This document shows positions 58,197-64,000 of a stretch of DNA of 64,000 nt, piece after piece (positions within the stretch are counted from its first letter, which is position 1; the number at the start of each line of letters is the position of its first letter). Under the pieces are notes generated by a model, which saw only the letters and a list, made by a program, of their open reading frames with translations, was not told the DNA's origin and ran no database searches. Source of the DNA: the human T2T-CHM13v2.0 reference genome, Homo sapiens; assembly GCF_009914755.1 (NCBI RefSeq), contig NC_060927.1. One strand, 5' to 3'. The position numbers were made by a program, and so were the translations under genes.

Positions 58197-60009
58197 CTAA
58201 ATAAGAAGAAAAAATAATTCAGATGCAATACTATTTAAGATATTCTGCATTGCTGAGAATATAAAATCTAACAACTTAAGAGTCAATGAAAGCAAACCAA
58301 TAACTCAACTGATTTGATAAAAGGGAGTAGGAAGAAGGGATCTTTACCAAATTGCCTTTGAAGGAACACATTGTATTGTTAACTGCTATCTAATGTATTA
58401 GCACTTAACCTCAGGGGGTGCTGGAAAGAAGAACTTCACATACAGATATTTGTACATCTGCAACATAAATTCTCAGAACCGTGCATATTTATTGCCATTT
58501 ATATGGCTATGTTTAAATGTCTCCTGTTTTTCTACTTAGAAATTAGTAATAAAAGCCATATGAATGGAAAAGAACCAGTTTAAGATTTTCATGAAATAAT
58601 ATTTACCTTATTATGCATTACAACTTGTTACATTTTCTTTTGTATAGGTAAACATTACGTAACTCAAAATTTAAAAAAGTAGAATTTCTTCTAATTATTT
58701 GTTTTTCTAAAGGTAACAAGAGATTTAGGGAGAGAATACCTAAGCAGCATTTCTTGGAGGAAAAGTGTCATAATTGTCATAGGTTAAGTCTAAATGTGTT
58801 CTGTAGCCTGTCATTTAATTTTTTTTTTCAAATCAACCTAATTATGGGTGTAATTATTAAACACATCTTTTCAGGCAGGTCTATGTAGACTACTTTACTT
58901 CTTGACAATCTTATCTGCCACTGCTGTCAGAGTCAGGCCCATTAACAATGCTTGCTTTATGAACCACACTGACTGCCTCCACAGCACTGACTGTGAAGAA
59001 ACTTTACAGTTTTAACTTCTGTGGTTGCAAGTGAAGTTTTTTCACTAATCAGTTACTTGAAAAATGTTCCATAAGAAAACAACTGTGATTCAATAGAAAC
59101 AACACAAATCAAAAACCAAACATTTATAATTAGAAATATCTTTGATTTTTAGATTATTTTTTCTTCTGCTGTTGGAATACCATTTCTTGCTATAACTTCC
59201 TACTTCTCCCCCTCCTATAAGCACTATGGGGAAAGGAGACAGGACTGGGCAAAATGAATAATTATAATCTATGTAAGGAATCACTTTATCATCTTCATTT
59301 TCATTGCTGCTATGACAGCTTGTAATTTCATACATCTGCTTTCATTTGTAAAGCACTCACTTATCCTACCCTTTCTGTGTCTGTTCAGACTCTCATTTGT
59401 TCATGTTTTCATATTTACCTTCAGTTACCTGCTGTCCTTTTTTTCTCCAGAAATTCAAAAAGCTAAGATACTGAGAACAGTATAATGGTTTTATGTACAG
59501 ATTTCTTTGAGATCTAGCAAGTAATTAAGACTTAATCAATTCACCTTATAACTCAAAAAGTAATTATCTATTAGTAATTGACCAAGAAAGAATTCTTATA
59601 TATTTTGTAAAGAGGCAGGAAAATTTTGTGGAAAAGTTTTGATCTCATGACTCACAGATGTAGGTTTGAATCCTGGGGCTTTATTTGAACCTTTCATCAA
59701 GTTGCCTAAAGATTAAATGATATAATCTATGAGACTGATTAATAGCAGCTGTTTAAAACCAGTTCAGGTAACCTCTGTGAGCTTAAGTTTAGTCACTGGG
59801 AAAACAACTTTTTGATTGAAAAAATTTATTTGACTGCTTTATTCAATCCAATAATTATTCAGAGTACCTCATTCATGACAGGCCCTATGCTAGGGGAGCA
59901 CGTAGAGATAAACAAAACTGAGTCCTTACTCTGGAGAAAATTACAGCCCAGAAGGGCAGATGTGTAATATCAAGCAGCTATTACTACTAATATAACTAAG
60001 ATAACAGTG

Positions 60010-60230
60010 AATTATTAAAGCTTTCTGTAGCCAGGCCACATGCTAAGAACTTTACCTACATTATCTCAATTAATTTCTATGACATTCTTATAAAGGTACA
60101 ATTATTATCTTTGTTTTACAGATGCAATAATTGATACTTGGAGAAGTTAAGTCACTTGTACAAGTTACCAGTGATTCCCTAGAGGGGCAAGATTGGAAAC
60201 CCAAAAGTCTAGCTGCAGAGTCTGTACTCT
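60010..60230 (-). mobile_element. MIR
   Basis: gccaggccacatgctaag...ttttacagatgcaa...gagaagttaagtcacttg. Confidence 0.65.
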
Positions 60231-60390
60231 ATTACAAGACATTTGTTTTGAAAGGCCATTGTTTTGAAAATCAAGAGACATAATGGATGCATATTGTAAA
60301 GTATTACTACTACTCTAGTGAAGCAGTTTTAAGTATACTAGAAGATCAGCATAAACCAATCTCCAGAAAAGCTTGATTGATTGACTAATC

Positions 60391-60646
60391 ATTTATTTAT
60401 TTATTTATTTATTTATTTACTATGTGTTTTCAGAGACAGGGTCTTGCTCTGTCACCCAGGCTAGAGTGCAGTGGCATGATCACAGCTCACTGCAGTCTGA
60501 AACTCCTGGGCTCATGCAATCCTCCTGCCCCAGCCTCTGGAGTAGCTATTACGGACTAGAGAAGCATACTGCCATGCCTGGCTAATTTTTAAGTTTTTTG
60601 AAGAGACAAGCTCTTGCTATGTTGCCAGGCTGGTCTTGAACTCCTG
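60391..60646 (-). mobile_element. Partial AluJ with (ATTT)n tail
   Basis: gagacagggtcttgctctgtcacccagg...ggctggtcttgaactcctg; 5' part of the left arm missing. Confidence 0.88.
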
Positions 60647-61404
60647 TAGAACAGACTGATTTAGATATAAACATATAGATAGATAGAGACCAGAACAATA
60701 ATCCTGTTTTCATAACTTGTTAAAACTATTGAAGCTATCAGAAGCTATAAAATATATAAGGGAAGCCAAATAATGTATTAATATTCTACTTGCAAAACAA
60801 ATGAGGAAGCTAACATTCTTTCATCTTTCTATCCATCCATCCAGTCACTGCATGCAATGAGCATTTCCTGAGCATCTACTAAATGCCAGATATCCAGAGA
60901 CTATGCTAGGCACCTGCACTAGGAATATAACAGCAAATAAGTTCACTGCTTTCAGATAATGGTATCTCTAATTTGCTAATGAAAATCCACACTTTTAGAA
61001 ATACCCTTAATTTGCAATTAGATATGCTAAGTATTAAATCTCCTTTTGAATAACTACAGCCAGTTTAAAGTAGGTAGAAAAGAATTACACAAGCTGATTT
61101 AAAAACAAACTAGTAAGGATCTGACACAATAAGAATTTAGTTTTGAACTTCACAGTAAACTTTTTTTGAACATGAAAAACTAATCTGTAATAGTGTTCTT
61201 TTCCCAATATTTATTCTATCAAAGCAGGGCAGAGACATGAAGTAAGAAGTGAAAGATTAAGAAAAATTATTGAGTTTTGTTATCTACCTACATGTAAAAT
61301 GAAGTATGTTTATGCTTTAAAAACAAAATAGTGAAGGCACATTCTAAAGAGTTGATTTAGGGAAGGTAAAAGCAAAGGTAAGTAGTACCTAAGAAAAGAT
61401 AATG

Positions 61405-61555
61405 GATTTGGAATGAGAACTAGATTAGATCACTGGCCTAGTCACTTATAATATGGTGAATTTAGGCAAGCTGCCCAACTTCACTGAAACTTTATTCCTC
61501 CCATTTATAAAATAGAGACAATCCTGCTTACTCTATCTACAGGGTTTCTGTAAGA
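61405..61555 (+). mobile_element. MIR
   Basis: gtcacttat...ttaggcaagctgcccaacttcactgaaac...tataaaatagag...acagggtt. Confidence 0.55.
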
Positions 61556-63489
61556 GTGGGCCAGCTGCTATATGGTACATTTCCCCATCTTGCTCAATTC
61601 ATCCTTGATGAATAGCATTACCTCCATATGAGGCAGAGCTGACTTCTCTGTCTGAACCTTTATGTGCCCCACAACTATTCTGGAGTGGTCTGAAGAGATG
61701 GTTTACTTTCTCCAGCAGGTACAAACAAACCAAAAGTGAAATCAGTAATGATATGCAGAAAAAGTAACTGTTTTGAGAAAGTTTAAAGCAATGTGGATCA
61801 ATAACTTACACATAATTCAAAACTAACCACACTTACAATTGTAATGTTTGTAAATACATGCAATACTTTTTCAAATTATTTAAGTTCATATTGAGATATA
61901 CTTTCTTTCTCAGCATAATAAAACAGAATGAAAACTACCACAAAACACGAAACTCTATACAGACTTTCTTTAATTTCTTGCCCGACTCCCCAAAAATATC
62001 ACTTATCAAGTACCTATAATATGCCTGAAAACTAGTCATACATTTTATAAAGGTCTCATGAGTCCTCCTAATTCCCCCTAAGGAAAGCATTATCATTGAC
62101 TCTCTATTATAGCTGAGATAGTGCAGAGTAGGTAACAGCACAGCCAAGGCCACAGAGATCCTGAAGGGCAAAGACAGGGCTGAACCTGGGTCTGTGTAGA
62201 CTGAAAGCCTCACACACCACTGTGTCTTATACTTTCCTACATTCTTAGCAAGTTCATGACAGGGGTATCGGTACAAACTGAAAAAAGTCCTCAGTGTCAA
62301 AGGCCAAGAATAGCAAATATTTAGAAATAGGCATAAATTCTTGTTTCTAAAAAGCTATAAAAAGGCATATAAAAACAAATAATCATGGATTAAGTATAAA
62401 ATAAAATGAGCTAACAAAAAAGAAAACCTTCTTTCTTTTAAAAAAGGAAAAAGTTTTTCTCATAGTTAATTGTACTTGACTGAAAACAAAGCCAATGTGC
62501 AATGAAAGTGCCTTGCCAGACACCTGGCATAGAGAAAACATTCAATAAATGTAATGCTCTCTGAAAAAAATATTTGTTGAGAGCCTACTACATGCAGGAA
62601 AAAACACATAATTACTGCCTGCAGCATCTTCACCTTTATTTAAAGGCCCTTACTATTTTGACTTTCCTAAGTACAAATGGCAAGAAACAAAATGTGATTG
62701 CCAATGGACCAGAAAACAAGTGGTCAGTGGGAGGCTGGGGTACAAAACATAAATAGAAACAACAAAATTTTACTCTCTTCAGTTTTGGAGAAAGCCAAAA
62801 ATAAAACACAGTCATATCCCCCACAAAAAGTGGTTTAAGTCTAGTGTTTAAAACCCTTGTAAGATTTTGTCTTTCTGGGTTTTCTTCCTCAGTTGGCTTT
62901 GTGACAACTGCCTCTTTGAGCACCATTCAATCACTACAACAACCATCCTTGAAACCTAAGACCAACACATACTCTTATGTAAACACTTGGATACTCTTTG
63001 GTAAGTCCTTATTATTCTAGCAGATTTTGTGCAGAATAATATAAGACTTTTAATTTCACTTTTAGGAAAGAGGACAATCTCAAATTCAGAGTAGTTCACT
63101 GTTTGGGCTTGGAAAAAGATTTAAACAATTGTTACTTTTCCCACTTAATACACTTTAAACAGAATCTCATTTAATAAGAGATCAAGCAATAACATAAGAG
63201 ATCTTTACTCAGTAATTTCTATGTTTAAATAAATAGTGCTGCCAACTGGAAGGCAGTAAGTAAGCAAGTATAAAAGTGCAGAATTGCCAGTGGCTAGTGT
63301 GTGAGCAGAGAAAGATCACTGTATCAGAAAAGTCAGAATGACGGCATGTTAGCTCCAGGAATGCCGTTTGTACTATGAACTTCGAAGGATATCAATTAAG
63401 TGCACAGGCTTCTGTTTTCTCCACCTTCTCTAACTCCTTATCGACTGAGGAAATCAAATGAGATGATATAGCGTAAAAACAATTTTCTT

Positions 63490-64000
<511 letters not shown>

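Overview
Primate, almost certainly human, genomic DNA: AT-rich, CpG-depleted and dense in Alu/L1/LTR/DNA-transposon fossils. The window lies inside a large minus-strand gene that I recognise from its peptide as TBC1D5 (Rab7 GAP / retromer partner). Three consecutive coding exons (58196-58090, 107 bp; 24785-24700, 86 bp; 4608-4352, 257 bp) have canonical AG/GT sites and splice in frame: ...ISSNYQTCLGLLMHYPFIGDVHSLILKALFLRDPK|RNPRPVTYQFHPNLDYYKARGADLMNKSR|TNAKGAPLNINKVSNSLINFGRKLISPAMAPG...QQQQQQQRLMKSESMPVQLNK. The rest is intron. It holds about 15 Alus (one near-perfect AluY/Yc1 with TSD), a near full-length Tigger1 with nested Alu and MST, an L1PA15/16-type element, several solo LTRs, MITEs, and L2/MIR/CR1 relics. 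I do not see a convincing new multi-gene system. The most unusual structures are: (1) a non-TE ~310/340-bp direct repeat bracketing the 257-bp exon with strongly asymmetric identity (gene-conversion-like); (2) an inverted ~120-bp templated copy of nearby flanking DNA, carrying a new 16-bp-arm hairpin, inserted into the L1; (3) a 450-nt three-exon block that would give a stop-free circRNA frame; (4) a strong CTCF motif next to enhancer-like unique sequence. Repeat subfamily names come from my memory of consensus sequences, and boundaries of old repeats are approximate.
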